64,000 nucleotides of DNA from Escherichia coli (GTDB lineage: Bacteria > Pseudomonadota > Gammaproteobacteria > Enterobacterales > Enterobacteriaceae): assembly GCF_002854065.1 (NCBI RefSeq), contig NZ_CP024147.1, one strand, 5' to 3'. Made by a program: the position numbers and the translations under genes. Each line of letters begins with the position of its first letter. Position 1 is the stretch's first letter. Positions 39,391 to 51,770 of this stretch are shown here, one piece after another. A model generated the notes under the pieces. The model was not told where the DNA came from and did no database searches. It saw nothing but the letters and a program-made list of their open reading frames with translations.

Positions 39391-39845
39391 TTATGAGATA
39401 CAAAAAGGTAACTGTTTCTTATGAGCCTGCAATCACAGGAAATAGTAAAGGAGGGTATTCAGTAGAAATAAAAGATAGACTCTCTTTTAATAGTCCTACG
39501 GAGAGAAAATACTTTGAGTCTTTTTTTGAAAATAATGATGAAAACTATAATAGAGTTTTTATCAATAATTTTGAAACTATTGATACAGTTTATCTAAAAA
39601 ATTTAATTTTATTTCCAAAACAAAAAAGGATAAAGGAAATTGATATGCTAATATTTTCCCCGCACAAACTCGGACTTAGTTTTATGATATCGGAGAAATT
39701 ATATAATATTATAACTAAATTTAAACTTCCTCCGTTCAATAAGATACCAGCTCAAATCAATACATTCAATACGAAGTATTTTTTGATCGGTTTCCCAATG
39801 ATACCAAAAGAAAGAATTGATTTAGATAAATCTATATTTTTTTGA
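39384..39845 (+). CDS. putative Rhs immunity protein (cognate to the toxin tip at 39060-39390)
   Basis: 153-aa AT-rich ORF whose ATG overlaps the rhs stop (ATGA); typical toxin/immunity arrangement. Confidence 0.6.
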   Translation: MLIMRYKKVTVSYEPAITGNSKGGYSVEIKDRLSFNSPTERKYFESFFENNDENYNRVFINNFETIDTVYLKNLILFPKQKRIKEIDMLIFSPHKLGLSFMISEKLYNIITKFKLPPFNKIPAQINTFNTKYFLIGFPMIPKERIDLDKSIFF

Positions 39846-41038
39846 TACAAAAAAAAGAAGTGAATTTAATTTCAAATCATATGATGAATTCATCAAAATG
39901 GATTACTCTATTATACCTAAAAAAATATACCCAGATGTATTTTATGATGTCGATGTTATCGGTTTTCAGGGCAAAGGGCTATTTTTTTCTGACAGACTGC
40001 TTGATGCAATACAAAATGCCGGGATTGTAGGGTTGCATATCGGTGACACGGAAATGGAAATGAATCCGTAGATTGATACAGGAACTTTCACTTTTAAAGG
40101 GATCTTTGGTGTCTGCGATTTTATCTTTCTGTTGGTTATTTAGCAATCCGGGAACGATATTAATCCGCTGAAGATCCTGATTTATCTACGGGGTAAATGC
40201 CCGAAATATAGAAGGTTTTATATTGGATCATATGAAAGGGGATCTTAACCTTGAAAATGCCATCAGGAAAGATGGTGGATTTTATCATAGTTATAATGAA
40301 AATAATCTTGCAGAGGGACGAAAATATTTAAGCACGGAAGAAATTAGCAAAATCCTCGAAAAGGGTAGTGTAACTGATGTTGATAGTAAAGGGCACTTTA
40401 AAGCAGGAGGATGTTGAATGAATAGTATAATAAATAAAAATATAAAAAAATAGATATGATTACTAAGGGTATTAAAAAATATCCTCTTGGAGAGGACAAG
40501 CAAGAGATCTCAAAATTAATTTGCGATTTTGAAAAAATGCCACGTAAAGAATGTAGTGTGTTTTATGGTGTTTTTTTTAATGATAGTGAACTAGTAGATA
40601 AATTAATTAAGATTGCAAGATTTTATGAGGGTGATGATAAAATAACCATAAACGTAATATCCTCTTTGGGAAATATGTTCGTGCGATACAAAATATATCC
40701 ATCAGAAGAATTATATAATCTTTTTTTTCAACTTGAAAAGTAAGAGGAAAGTTAATTATTATGTTTCTTTGTTCATTTTTAGATTTCCTCAATTTAGGAA
40801 TTATAAATTTAAATGGGACTATATTTTATCTATTCCAGATATTTCACCAAAAGATAAATCAAAAAGAAACTTTTACTCTATAGTCAATAATATCGTTTTG
40901 TCGGGAGAAACGATCCCTGTTGAGTATAAAAATAGAGTTATTAGCTTGCTGGAAATGTTTAGTAAGGGAAATATGGGAAGCGTGTATAATGATGAATATA
41001 TAGATTTAATTAATAGGCTAGTTAAGCAACACGGCTAA
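39846..41038 (+). other. AT-rich array of degenerate orphan toxin-tip and immunity ORFs (39898-40071, 40223-40417, 40456-40743, 40733-41038)
   Basis: Short ORFs in shifting frames, homopolymer A/T runs at frame breaks, and a degenerate Rhs junction-like sequence near 40160-40195. Confidence 0.45.
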
Positions 41039-41322
41039 GTCGGAACGTAATAATCTCGGTGAATATTGGTTTTTATTCTCCCGGATCTCCGCCAGTACTA
41101 ACAGGCGAAAATCCGGGAGGACTGATATTACGGCTGGATAATATCGTCAATAAACACCACACCATCAGTAGTACGCAACCAGCGCGGCGCTTTCAGTTTT
41201 GCCGCAAAGAACCAGATCAGTTCACAAAGCAGCCCCGTCAGGGGTTGTTCCATTTTAGATCCCTGCGCCTGTTCCGTCAGGATCTGGAGTAATACCTCGC
41301 AATATTCACACAATTGTAGTGG

Positions 41323-42735
<1,413 letters not shown>

Positions 42736-42973
42736 TGACACTCTATAAGAGTTTCAGCGAAGCGATCGCAGTGATCGGCCAGGTCTGTGAAATCGGTGGC
42801 AGAACTGAAAGGAATGGACAGTAAATCATAATCAGGGGTGAGGATTGTAGCCATAAGGCAACCTCCGATAAGTAGGCGTTAAAACCACCACCGAAGAGAC
42901 CAATCTTACGGGTGGTGGAATCGGGCGGAGTTGGTCTTACCGGCCTTATCGGATACCGGCGCATCTTTCGATG

Positions 42974-43811
42974 CTGGCAGGGAAAGCGGACATACCTGTA
43001 CGACGCGGAACAGCCGTACACGCCGGTGGCGGCCATCACGGGGCGCGGAGAGAGCCAGAAAATCTGGTATTACCACACGGACCTGACGGGCACGGTACAC
43101 GAGGTAACCGCGCCGGACGGGACGCTGGTGTGGGCGGGCTACCAGGCGGGATTTGGTGAAAACCGGGGCGACATCAGCAACAGCGGGGCGTACTTTGAGC
43201 AGCCGCTGCGGCTGCCGGGGCAGTATTATGATGAAGATACGGGGCTGCACTATAATCTGTTCAGATATTATGCGCCGGAGTGCGGGCGGTTTATCAGTCA
43301 GGACCCGATAGGGCTGGCGGGAGGAATAAACCTATATGCTTATGCGCCTAATCCGCTAAGTTATATTGATCCTCTTGGGCTTTGTAAATTAAGGGGAAGC
43401 GATGGGCGCTACAGAAGTGCACAGAATATTCAGGAAGAAATAGGCGGCCTACCCAATTTTGCAGGAAAAACTCCAGGAGAAATACGACAAACTTTGCGTA
43501 ATCGAGGTTATTCGTCGGTACAAGCGTATAGTGGAGGAGAGGTCTGGACAAAAGCATTACCTGACGGAAATACTGTTGCAGTGAGGCTTGATCCGGCAAA
43601 TCCTCGCTCACCTTCACATTATGCTGATGCTGTACCTCATGCTCATATTGAAACAGTTCCAACATCCAGTGTTTCTAATGGGAATTATCGCCCGCGAGAC
43701 GTGACTGGCAGGCATACTGCCACTGGTGGGGTTTCTGATCGAGGAACAAATCCGAATCATAACGCTGATGTTTACATTCCAATGTCTCCGGGACGATTCC
43801 CATATGATTAA
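42974..43811 (+). CDS. orphan Rhs C-terminal fragment (conserved core end plus alternative toxin tip); no upstream rhs body
   Basis: About 400 bp that are nearly identical to 38672-39070 by eye (core end through the DPxGL junction), followed by a different roughly 140-aa C-terminal domain. Confidence 0.7.
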
Positions 43812-43822
43812 TGTGAGGTTTT

Positions 43823-44086
43823 ATGAATATCCGAAATCAATATAATGAAGCCTTAAATAAATTAGAAGTTGATGTTAATGATGGTTTGAGAGATTTAATA
43901 AACATATATTGTGTGGCTATTGATTCTTTTGAAAATGATATCGTTGACTCGATTGCTTTATACGTGATTGATATGGGAAATAAAGATACTTGTCGATATC
44001 TACAAGAAGTCTTATCAGAGAATGAAGATCCTTATTTAGTAAAAGAATTTAATGCATGGATAAAAGAAATTAAGAAAAAATATTAA
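43823..44086 (+). CDS. putative immunity protein for the orphan Rhs toxin tip
   Basis: 87-aa AT-rich ORF 11 bp downstream of the toxin-tip stop. Confidence 0.55.
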   Translation: MNIRNQYNEALNKLEVDVNDGLRDLINIYCVAIDSFENDIVDSIALYVIDMGNKDTCRYLQEVLSENEDPYLVKEFNAWIKEIKKKY

Positions 44087-44091
44087 AATAA

Positions 44092-44133
44092 AAGCCGGGA
44101 AGGTTATAAAATCTTCCCGGCTTTTTATTTTTA
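44092..44133. terminator. bidirectional rho-independent terminator
   Basis: agccgggaag…cttcccggct stem flanked by A- and T-runs, between convergent ORFs. Confidence 0.75.
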
Positions 44134-44364
44134 ATTCTCGTTCAGTACACTAAACATCCCGTCCCGCATCCCCTTAACCGCCTGTTTAACCTGATAAAGT
44201 TCCCTGCGCAGTTCCTGTACTTCGTTGTTATCGGCAAGCAGGATCAGGCAGCCTTCCGAGATCTTCACAGTAACGCCCGTGCCGATCGAAAATTCCGCTT
44301 CTCTCAGCCATTTGGCGCTGATTTTGATCACCGGCGTGTCGCTGCTGTTGGGCAGATATCCCAC
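44131..44364 (-). CDS. SymE-like (AbrB-fold) toxin homolog
   Basis: 77-aa ORF …ISAKWLREAEFSIGTGVTVKISEGCLILL… resembles the SymE/SpoVT-AbrB swapped-hairpin family. Confidence 0.5.
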   Translation of the reverse strand: MGYLPNSSDTPVIKISAKWLREAEFSIGTGVTVKISEGCLILLADNNEVQELRRELYQVKQAVKGMRDGMFSVLNEN

Positions 44365-44477
44365 GGTACAACGGCGTTGTGTTTTGGAAATGGTGACTTC
44401 TGGCGTAATATCATGTTTAAGTTAGGGGCTTTCGTAGTCATACCCCGACTCTCCCCGGCCCTAAACACAACCCCCAC

Positions 44478-45257
44478 TCACCACAACCTAAACTCATCCG
44501 CATCCTGCCATGCCGGAAACTTTTCTCTATATTCCCGCAATGCCATCATCGACAGCTCCGCATCAATGCGCGTTGCCTGATGCGCGTCGGCAGTAGCGAT
44601 AATCTCGCCTTGTGGATTAATCACCCGGCTGTCACCGCGATAATGGCAGCCGTTGCCATCGCTGCCGACGCGATTGCATCCCGCCACATACGCCTGATTC
44701 TCAATCGCGCGGGCCGTCAGCAATGCCTGCCAGTGCAGAGAGCGCGGAGCAGGCCAGTTGGCGACGTACAGGGCGAGGTCATAATCGTTGAGATTGCGCG
44801 ACCACACAGGAAAACGTAAGTCGTAGCACACCAGCGGCAAAATACGCCAGCCGCGCCATTCCACAATCACTCGCGCATTGCCCGCTTTATAATGCAGATG
44901 CTCATCAGCCATTCGGAACAGATGACGCTTATCATAAAAATGTACCGTGCCGCCCGGCTCAACCAGCAAAAAGCGGTTAACTGAACCAGACTCCGTTTGT
45001 AATGCAACACTGCCTGCAATCAGCGCATTGCACTGCTGCGCTTTAGCTGTCATCCAGTTCACTACGTCATCTTGCGCTAGCGACGAAGCTGCCGCTTCCA
45101 TGGCAAAGCCGCTGGTAAACATCTCCGGTAGAACGATCACATCGCGCCCGGTAATACCTTCCAGTTGACGATCAAAATGACGCAGGTTGGCAGGACCATC
45201 CATCCACACCAGTGGTTGCTGCAAAAGCGTAATCTTCAAACCAGGCACGGTGTACAA
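44478..45257 (-). CDS. yafV: 2-oxoglutaramate amidase (C-N hydrolase) YafV
   Basis: Nitrilase-superfamily ORF; true start probably a few codons inside the track ORF. Confidence 0.9.
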   Translation of the reverse strand: MYTVPGLKITLLQQPLVWMDGPANLRHFDRQLEGITGRDVIVLPEMFTSGFAMEAAASSLAQDDVVNWMTAKAQQCNALIAGSVALQTESGSVNRFLLVEPGGTVHFYDKRHLFRMADEHLHYKAGNARVIVEWRGWRILPLVCYDLRFPVWSRNLNDYDLALYVANWPAPRSLHWQALLTARAIENQAYVAGCNRVGSDGNGCHYRGDSRVINPQGEIIATADAHQATRIDAELSMMALREYREKFPAWQDADEFRLW

Positions 45258-45401
45258 CTCCTTTATGCGAAGGGTTTTATAACTTTAACACCTTATCAGG
45301 CAGTTGCCTTAGCGCAGAATAAATTGATAACAAATGCTGATATTGGAAATATCTGATTTGCAAATTATCGTGTTATCGCCAGGCTTTAGGAGGTTAATAA
45401 C

Positions 45402-45875
45402 ATGGGCAGGATAAGCTCGGGAGGAATGATGTTTAAGGCAATAACGACAGTCGCCGCTCTGGTCATCGCCACCAGTGCAATGGCGCAGGATGATTTAACC
45501 ATTAGTAGCCTTGCAAAGGGCGAAACCACCAAAGCTGCGTTTAATCAGATGGTGCAAGGGCATAAGCTGCCTGCATGGGTGATGAAAGGCGGTACTTATA
45601 CTCCCGCACAAACCGTAACGTTGGGAGATGAGACGTATCAGGTGATGAGCGCGTGCAAACCGCATGACTGTGGCTCGCAACGTATCGCTGTGATGTGGTC
45701 CGAGAAATCTAATCAGATGACGGGGCTGTTCTCGACTATTGATGAGAAAACGTCGCAAGAGAAACTCACCTGGTTGAATGTGAACGATGCGCTTTCGATT
45801 GATGGTAAAACGGTGCTGTTCGCGGCGTTGACCGGCAGCCTGGAAAACCATCCGGATGGCTTTAATTTTAAATAA
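45402..45875 (+). CDS. ivy: inhibitor of vertebrate lysozyme
   Basis: 157-aa ORF with signal peptide and CKPHDC motif. Confidence 0.93.
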   Translation: MGRISSGGMMFKAITTVAALVIATSAMAQDDLTISSLAKGETTKAAFNQMVQGHKLPAWVMKGGTYTPAQTVTLGDETYQVMSACKPHDCGSQRIAVMWSEKSNQMTGLFSTIDEKTSQEKLTWLNVNDALSIDGKTVLFAALTGSLENHPDGFNFK

Positions 45876-45888
45876 TTAGCGGATAAAG

Positions 45889-45914
45889 AAACGGAGCCTT
45901 TCGGCTCCGTTATT
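45889..45914. terminator. bidirectional terminator between ivy and fadE
   Basis: aaacggagcctttcggctccgtt hairpin. Confidence 0.75.
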
Positions 45915-45917
45915 CAA

Positions 45918-48362
45918 TTACGCGGCTTCAACTTTCCGCACTTTCTCCGTCAACTTTACCGGCTTCGTCGCCAGCTCTTCCGGATCAAAGTCATCAACGT
46001 TAATACTGCGCAGACGGCTTTCTTCCGCTTTCACCAAAATGGCGGCTTCATCTTTATCAATCAGCCCCTTCGCCAGCGCGTTGTGCGCCAGTTCATCCAG
46101 ACGGGTAAATGGCAGATTTTTACCCAGCTCTTTACAGATCCGCTGATGAATCGGGTCGGCGGCAATCACATCCACCAACGCCTCTTCCAGTAAACCAACC
46201 GGATTATGCTCGCTCGGCGTCAGGTACTGACCGCGACCAATACGTGAGCGAGTGGCGTTCGGCACTTGTAAAATCTTCGCCACTTTATGATCCAGCTTGT
46301 CAGACGGTGCCAGATAATGACGTCCGGTCGGGAAGATCACTACATTCAGCAGCCCGGCAACCACGCGGTTCGGGAAGTTTTGCAGTAAATCGTCCATCGC
46401 CTGTTCAGCCTTATACAGCGCATCCTGTACGCCCCAGTGCACCAGCGGCAGATCGGCTTCATTACGGCCTTCGTCGTCATAACGCTTCAGAACGGCGGAG
46501 GCGAGGTAGAGCTGGCTTAAAATATCCCCCAGACGTGCCGAGATACGCTCACGACGTTTCAGGCTGCCGCCCAGCACTGCCATCGAGACATCAGAAAGCA
46601 GGGCGAGGTTGGCGCTCAGGCGGTTCAGGTGCTGATAGTAGCGTTTAGTGGCATCGCCGGTTGGCGTGCTGCTGGTTAAACCGCGCGTCAGGCCCAGCCA
46701 GAAGCTGCGAACTTTGTTGCTACCGACGTGACCGATATGTTTGAACAACAGTTTATCGAACGCGTTGACGTCATTGTTCTTCGCCGCTTCCATCTCTTCC
46801 AGCACGTACGGATGGCAACGAATCGCTCCTTGTCCGAAGATCATCATGCTGCGGGTCAGAATGTTAGCCCCTTCAACGGTGATGGCAATCGGTGCGCCCT
46901 GGTAAGCACGCGCCAGGAAGTTGCTTTGCCCGAGCATAATGCCTTTACCGCCGGTAATATCCATCGCATCAATAATCGACTGCTGCCCGCGGTGGGTACA
47001 GTGATACTTAACGATAGCCGACAGCACGGCAGGTTTTTCGCCGAGCATAATGCCGTAGGTAATCAGCGATGCCGCAGCATCCATTACATAAGCGTTCCCG
47101 GCAATACGCGCCAGCGGCTCTTCAATCCCTTCCATCTTACCGATAGAGATTTTGAACTGACGGCGAATGTGAGCATACGCGCCGGTTGCCAGCGCTACCG
47201 ATTTCACGCCGCCGGTTGAGTTGGAAGGCAGTGTGATGCCGCGGCCTACCGAGAGGCACTCCACCAGCATCCGCCAGCCTTGCCCGGCCATTTTCGGCCC
47301 GCCGATGATGTAATCGATCGGCACGAAGACATCTTTACCGCGCGTCGGTCCGTTCTGGAACGGTACGTTCAGCGGGAAGTGGCGACGACCAATTTCCACG
47401 CCCGGCGTGGTGGTCGGGATCAGCGCACAGGTAATGCCTAAATCTTCTGCACCGCCGAGTAATTTTTCCGGGTCGGAGAGTTTAAACGCCAGACCCAGCA
47501 CGGTCGCAATCGGTGCCAGCGTAATGTAGCGTTTGTTCCAGGTCAGACGCATCCCCAGCACCTGCTGGCCCTGCCATTCGCCCATGCAGACAATCCCGGT
47601 GTCCGGAATCGCGCCCGCATCGGAACCCGCTTCCGGGCTGGTTAGTGCAAAGCAAGGGATTTCCTGACCACGCGCCAGACGCGGCAGATAGTGATCTTTC
47701 TGCTCGTCAGTGCCGTAATGTTGCAGCAGCTCGCCCGGGCCTAATGAGTTCGGCACGCCGACGGTAATCGCCAGGATCCCGCTCACGCCGGAGAGTTTTT
47801 GCAGCACGCGAGACTGGGCATAAGCCGAGAACTCCAGCCCGCCGTACTCTTTTTTGATGATCATCGCGAAGAAACGATGCTCTTTAAGGTACGCCCACAA
47901 CTCCGGCGGCAGATCCGCCAGCTCATGAGTAATCTGGAAATCATTCGCCATCCGGCAGGCTTCTTCTACCGGGCCGTCGAGAAACGCTTGCTCTTCAGCG
48001 GTCAGGCGCGGCTGCGGATAGTTATGCAGCTTTTTCCAGTCCGGCTTGCCCTGGAACAAGTCGCCCTCCCACCAGGTGGTGCCCGCATCAATCGCTTCTT
48101 TCTCAGTGCGCGACATCGGCGGCATCACCTTACGGAAACCGCGAAATACCGGCGCGGAAATCATCGACTTACGCATAGGCGCAAAGTTAAATGGCACGAG
48201 GATAATGGCCAGAGGCACCAGTACCCACGCCGACCACAGACCAGCAACGCCGAGGGCGGCTGTCCAGGCGAGCAAAATCAGACTGCTGATAAATAAGCTC
48301 ACGCGGTGATAGAACAACGCGCCGAGCAGGACAACCGTAGCGAGAATACTCAAAATCATCAT
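45918..48362 (-). CDS. fadE: acyl-CoA dehydrogenase
   Basis: Start placed at [14 protein letters not shown]… (814 aa); the track ORF is extended upstream. Confidence 0.93.
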   Translation of the reverse strand: MMILSILATVVLLGALFYHRVSLFISSLILLAWTAALGVAGLWSAWVLVPLAIILVPFNFAPMRKSMISAPVFRGFRKVMPPMSRTEKEAIDAGTTWWEGDLFQGKPDWKKLHNYPQPRLTAEEQAFLDGPVEEACRMANDFQITHELADLPPELWAYLKEHRFFAMIIKKEYGGLEFSAYAQSRVLQKLSGVSGILAITVGVPNSLGPGELLQHYGTDEQKDHYLPRLARGQEIPCFALTSPEAGSDAGAIPDTGIVCMGEWQGQQVLGMRLTWNKRYITLAPIATVLGLAFKLSDPEKLLGGAEDLGITCALIPTTTPGVEIGRRHFPLNVPFQNGPTRGKDVFVPIDYIIGGPKMAGQGWRMLVECLSVGRGITLPSNSTGGVKSVALATGAYAHIRRQFKISIGKMEGIEEPLARIAGNAYVMDAAASLITYGIMLGEKPAVLSAIVKYHCTHRGQQSIIDAMDITGGKGIMLGQSNFLARAYQGAPIAITVEGANILTRSMMIFGQGAIRCHPYVLEEMEAAKNNDVNAFDKLLFKHIGHVGSNKVRSFWLGLTRGLTSSTPTGDATKRYYQHLNRLSANLALLSDVSMAVLGGSLKRRERISARLGDILSQLYLASAVLKRYDDEGRNEADLPLVHWGVQDALYKAEQAMDDLLQNFPNRVVAGLLNVVIFPTGRHYLAPSDKLDHKVAKILQVPNATRSRIGRGQYLTPSEHNPVGLLEEALVDVIAADPIHQRICKELGKNLPFTRLDELAHNALAKGLIDKDEAAILVKAEESRLRSINVDDFDPEELATKPVKLTEKVRKVEAA

Positions 48363-48601
48363 AACGAAAAGCCCCTTACTTGTAGGAGGTCTGACCACTT
48401 GTGATGATATGGTTGTAGTGGATGTAAAAACATTTAGCAATGCGTTTACAATATAATTACAACAAAGCTCACATTGTTGCTGTTTTTATCCGCACTTCAG
48501 GTCAAAAAGTCCTGGTCATAGCACCTGCCCGTACTTCTCGCTTTTGGCGGTATCCGGTACACTGCATTTTGTCTATTACATTTATGCTGAAGGATATCCT
48601 C

Positions 48602-49180
48602 ATGTACCAGGATCTTATTCGTAACGAACTGAACGAAGCGGCGGAAACGCTGGCTAACTTTTTAAAAGATGACGCCAATATTCACGCCATTCAGCGCGCG
48701 GCGGTCCTGTTAGCAGATAGCTTTAAATCCGGTGGCAAAGTGCTTTCCTGCGGCAACGGCGGCTCCCATTGCGACGCCATGCACTTTGCCGAAGAGTTGA
48801 CCGGTCGCTACCGTGAAAACCGTCCGGGCTACCCGGCGATTGCTATTTCTGACGTTAGTCATATTTCATGCGTCGGTAACGATTTCGGTTTCAATGATAT
48901 TTTCTCCCGTTACGTTGAAGCGGTAGGTCGCGAAGGCGATGTACTGCTGGGGATCTCCACCTCCGGTAACTCTGCAAACGTGATCAAAGCGATCGCAGCG
49001 GCGCGTGAGAAGGGAATGAAAGTGATCACCCTGACCGGTAAAGACGGCGGCAAAATGGCTGGCACGGCGGATATCGAAATTCGCGTACCGCACTTTGGTT
49101 ATGCCGACCGCATTCAGGAGATTCACATTAAAGTGATCCATATCCTGATCCAGTTGATTGAAAAAGAGATGGTTAAGTAA
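48602..49180 (+). CDS. gmhA: sedoheptulose-7-phosphate isomerase
   Basis: [21 protein letters not shown]… 192 aa SIS-domain protein. Confidence 0.94.
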   Translation: MYQDLIRNELNEAAETLANFLKDDANIHAIQRAAVLLADSFKSGGKVLSCGNGGSHCDAMHFAEELTGRYRENRPGYPAIAISDVSHISCVGNDFGFNDIFSRYVEAVGREGDVLLGISTSGNSANVIKAIAAAREKGMKVITLTGKDGGKMAGTADIEIRVPHFGYADRIQEIHIKVIHILIQLIEKEMVK

Positions 49181-49320
49181 GTCTGGCGTAGGCCGGATAA
49201 GACGTTTACGCCGCATCCGGCAATTGTGCACCGATGCCTGATGCGACGCTGACGCGTCTTATCATGCCTACAAATCTGTACGCGAACCGTAGGCCGAATA
49301 ATGCGTTCACGCCGCATCCG
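49181..49320. repeat. REP/BIME repeat cluster
   Basis: Repeated gccggataagacgtttacgccgcatccggca and gcctgatgcgacgctg motifs. Confidence 0.75.
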
Positions 49321-49385
49321 ACCTGAAAATTCTTAAATCAATCTTCGCCGGGGGCCATGCGCTCCCGCTGTTGTGGAGGTTACCC

Positions 49386-50153
49386 ATGTGCGAATTGCTC
49401 GGGATGAGCGCCAACGTCCCTACCGATATCTGCTTTAGTTTCACCGGTCTGGTGCAGCGTGGTGGTGGAACCGGGCCACATAAAGATGGCTGGGGCATTA
49501 CCTTTTACGAAGGTAAAGGCTGTCGCACATTTAAAGATCCGCAACCCAGCTTTAACTCACCTATCGCCAAACTGGTCCAGGACTACCCGATAAAATCCTG
49601 TTCGGTGGTGGCTCATATTCGCCAGGCTAATCGGGGCGAGGTGGCGCTGGAAAATACTCACCCATTTACCCGCGAGTTATGGGGGCGTAACTGGACTTAT
49701 GCCCATAACGGACAACTGACGGGCTACAAATCACTGGAAACCGGCAACTTCCGCCCGGTAGGCGAAACCGACAGTGAAAAAGCCTTCTGCTGGCTCCTGC
49801 ATAAATTAACGCAGCGTTACCCGCGCACACCGGGCAACATGGCGGCGGTATTTAAATATATCGCCTCACTGGCGGATGAACTGCGGCAGAAGGGCGTTTT
49901 CAACATGCTGCTTTCGGACGGGCGCTATGTAATGGCGTATTGCTCGACTAATTTACACTGGATCACCCGCCGCGCGCCGTTTGGCGTGGCAACGTTGCTG
50001 GATCAGGATGTGGAAATCGACTTCAGCTCGCAGACCACACCGAATGATGTGGTCACGGTGATTGCGACACAGCCGCTGACGGGCAATGAAACCTGGCAAA
50101 AAATTATGCCAGGCGAATGGCGCTTATTTTGCCTCGGGGAGCGTGTAGTTTGA
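49386..50153 (+). CDS. yafJ: class II glutamine amidotransferase-like protein YafJ
   Basis: [21 protein letters not shown]… N-terminal Cys nucleophile. Confidence 0.9.
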   Translation: MCELLGMSANVPTDICFSFTGLVQRGGGTGPHKDGWGITFYEGKGCRTFKDPQPSFNSPIAKLVQDYPIKSCSVVAHIRQANRGEVALENTHPFTRELWGRNWTYAHNGQLTGYKSLETGNFRPVGETDSEKAFCWLLHKLTQRYPRTPGNMAAVFKYIASLADELRQKGVFNMLLSDGRYVMAYCSTNLHWITRRAPFGVATLLDQDVEIDFSSQTTPNDVVTVIATQPLTGNETWQKIMPGEWRLFCLGERVV

Positions 50154-50864
50154 TGCCAGCTGTGGTTGCACAACTTCGTGGCTTAACGGCTTGCTGACCA
50201 CGTAACGACCATTGACCACAGAAACGGTCGGTGGCTTACGGGTTTGCTCAAAGTAGTCGTAACCCGGCTTCAGTTGCTCCCAGAAGTCCTTAAAGTTGGA
50301 ATATTTGTGGCGCTTCATATTAGCGTCGGTCATGCGGAACGGGTAAATGCTCACTTGCACGCTCGGCTGACCAAATACCAGTGCGCCAGTAACGAACTGG
50401 AAAATCTCGTCAATGCCCTGATTGGTCATCGCGTAGCAGCCGATGGAAACACAATCGCCGTGGATCATCAGGTATTTCCCTTCATAACCATGCGCACGGT
50501 CATAGGCATTGGGGAAACCAATATTAATCGCTTTGTAGTAACGGCTGTCTGGTTTTAACTGATTACGCTGGATGCTATAAAACCCTTCCGGGCTTTTGAA
50601 ATCGCCCTGACGCTGTTTTGGCCCTAAGCCGCCGGAATATTTACAGATTTTATAGCTGTCGAGCAGTTGATATTGCTCGCCCATTTTGACGTAGAGATCG
50701 AGCGTACGTTCTTCCTTGAAGATCTGGATGTAGACAGGGGATCCCATCAACTGCTGCTTATACTCTTTGCTCACTGGCGTGGTCGAGCTACTGCTGCCCA
50801 GCAAACCGGCAAACGAAACGCACGGGATCAACAACATCGCAAGAATTAATGCGATTTTACGCAT
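50124..50864 (-). CDS. yafK: L,D-transpeptidase-family protein YafK
   Basis: 246-aa ORF with signal peptide. Confidence 0.88.
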   Translation of the reverse strand: MRKIALILAMLLIPCVSFAGLLGSSSSTTPVSKEYKQQLMGSPVYIQIFKEERTLDLYVKMGEQYQLLDSYKICKYSGGLGPKQRQGDFKSPEGFYSIQRNQLKPDSRYYKAINIGFPNAYDRAHGYEGKYLMIHGDCVSIGCYAMTNQGIDEIFQFVTGALVFGQPSVQVSIYPFRMTDANMKRHKYSNFKDFWEQLKPGYDYFEQTRKPPTVSVVNGRYVVSKPLSHEVVQPQLASNYTLPEAK

Positions 50865-51019
50865 ACTGCTTATTCCTTGATAAAACGGTTACACACGCCA
50901 GGACGGCAAAATGGATCCCAAATCGGAATAGTCTGGATTTGGAAGGCTCACATTATCACCAAAAGAGTTTTACGCAAGCCTGTCGGCGCAGGGTTTACAA
51001 ATTTCATCGGCAGCGGGCT

Positions 51020-51298
51020 TTACCCAAAGAGCGCCGCGTGAGTTCCAGTTCTCTCAAATCGTAAAAGTTTATCGGTAAGTTTGTAAATCAGGATCCAGTC
51101 CGGTTCGACATGAGCATCGCGATAACCTTTCCATGAACCTTGCAGCGGGTGGTCTTTATAAACAGCTGGAAGCGGTAAAGTATTATTGATAAGAAGCGTC
51201 ATAAGATATTTCAATTTATTCATATCCTTATGACGCTTTTGTGCAAGTTTTACATCCTTTGAAAATTGTCCCGAGTATTCAATATCCCTTTGAATCAT
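51020..51298 (-). CDS. yafQ: RelE-family mRNA interferase toxin YafQ
   Basis: 92-aa ORF directly downstream of dinJ. Confidence 0.92.
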   Translation of the reverse strand: MIQRDIEYSGQFSKDVKLAQKRHKDMNKLKYLMTLLINNTLPLPAVYKDHPLQGSWKGYRDAHVEPDWILIYKLTDKLLRFERTGTHAALFG

Positions 51299-51300
51299 AT

Positions 51301-51561
51301 TTAAATTCCTAATTTATCAAATAAATCATCGGCGTCTTTGGCCTTATGAACATCAACGCCAGCTTCGCTGTTTTTGATTGATTGAATGGTTAATTGATTA
51401 GGCTCGCGTAAATCAAACGGCAATGCCTTTTCACGCGCGACCTTTGTGAGGGTTATGCGAACCAGGTCAGAGATGGTCAGCCCCATCCCGGCCAGTACGT
51501 CCGCCGCCTGATTCTTCAGATCTTCATCGATTCGGGCGCGAACAAACGCGTTAGCAGCCAT
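51301..51561 (-). CDS. dinJ: antitoxin DinJ
   Basis: 86-aa ORF MAANAFVRARIDEDLKNQAADVLAGMGLTISD…. Confidence 0.92.
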   Translation of the reverse strand: MAANAFVRARIDEDLKNQAADVLAGMGLTISDLVRITLTKVAREKALPFDLREPNQLTIQSIKNSEAGVDVHKAKDADDLFDKLGI

Positions 51562-51770
51562 TGGGGTATCTCCTGTGCTGTATATTTATTCAGCTTGAAT
51601 TGTAGCTCAAATGAGCAACAGCGACAATCTATGAGTAATTTAATAAACGGATGTTTTTACATAATTCACTGAAATATATTTATTAATTTTATAATAATGG
51701 TTTATTAAGTTTGTTCAGGTACGGGCCGGGATACACTGTAACATCAATGCATGACCAGCCATTATTGAAT

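Noticed and set aside
41059-41292. 77-aa plus-strand ORF adjacent to the IS
   Set aside because: No RBS or protein-like composition; overlaps a more plausible minus-strand gene fragment.
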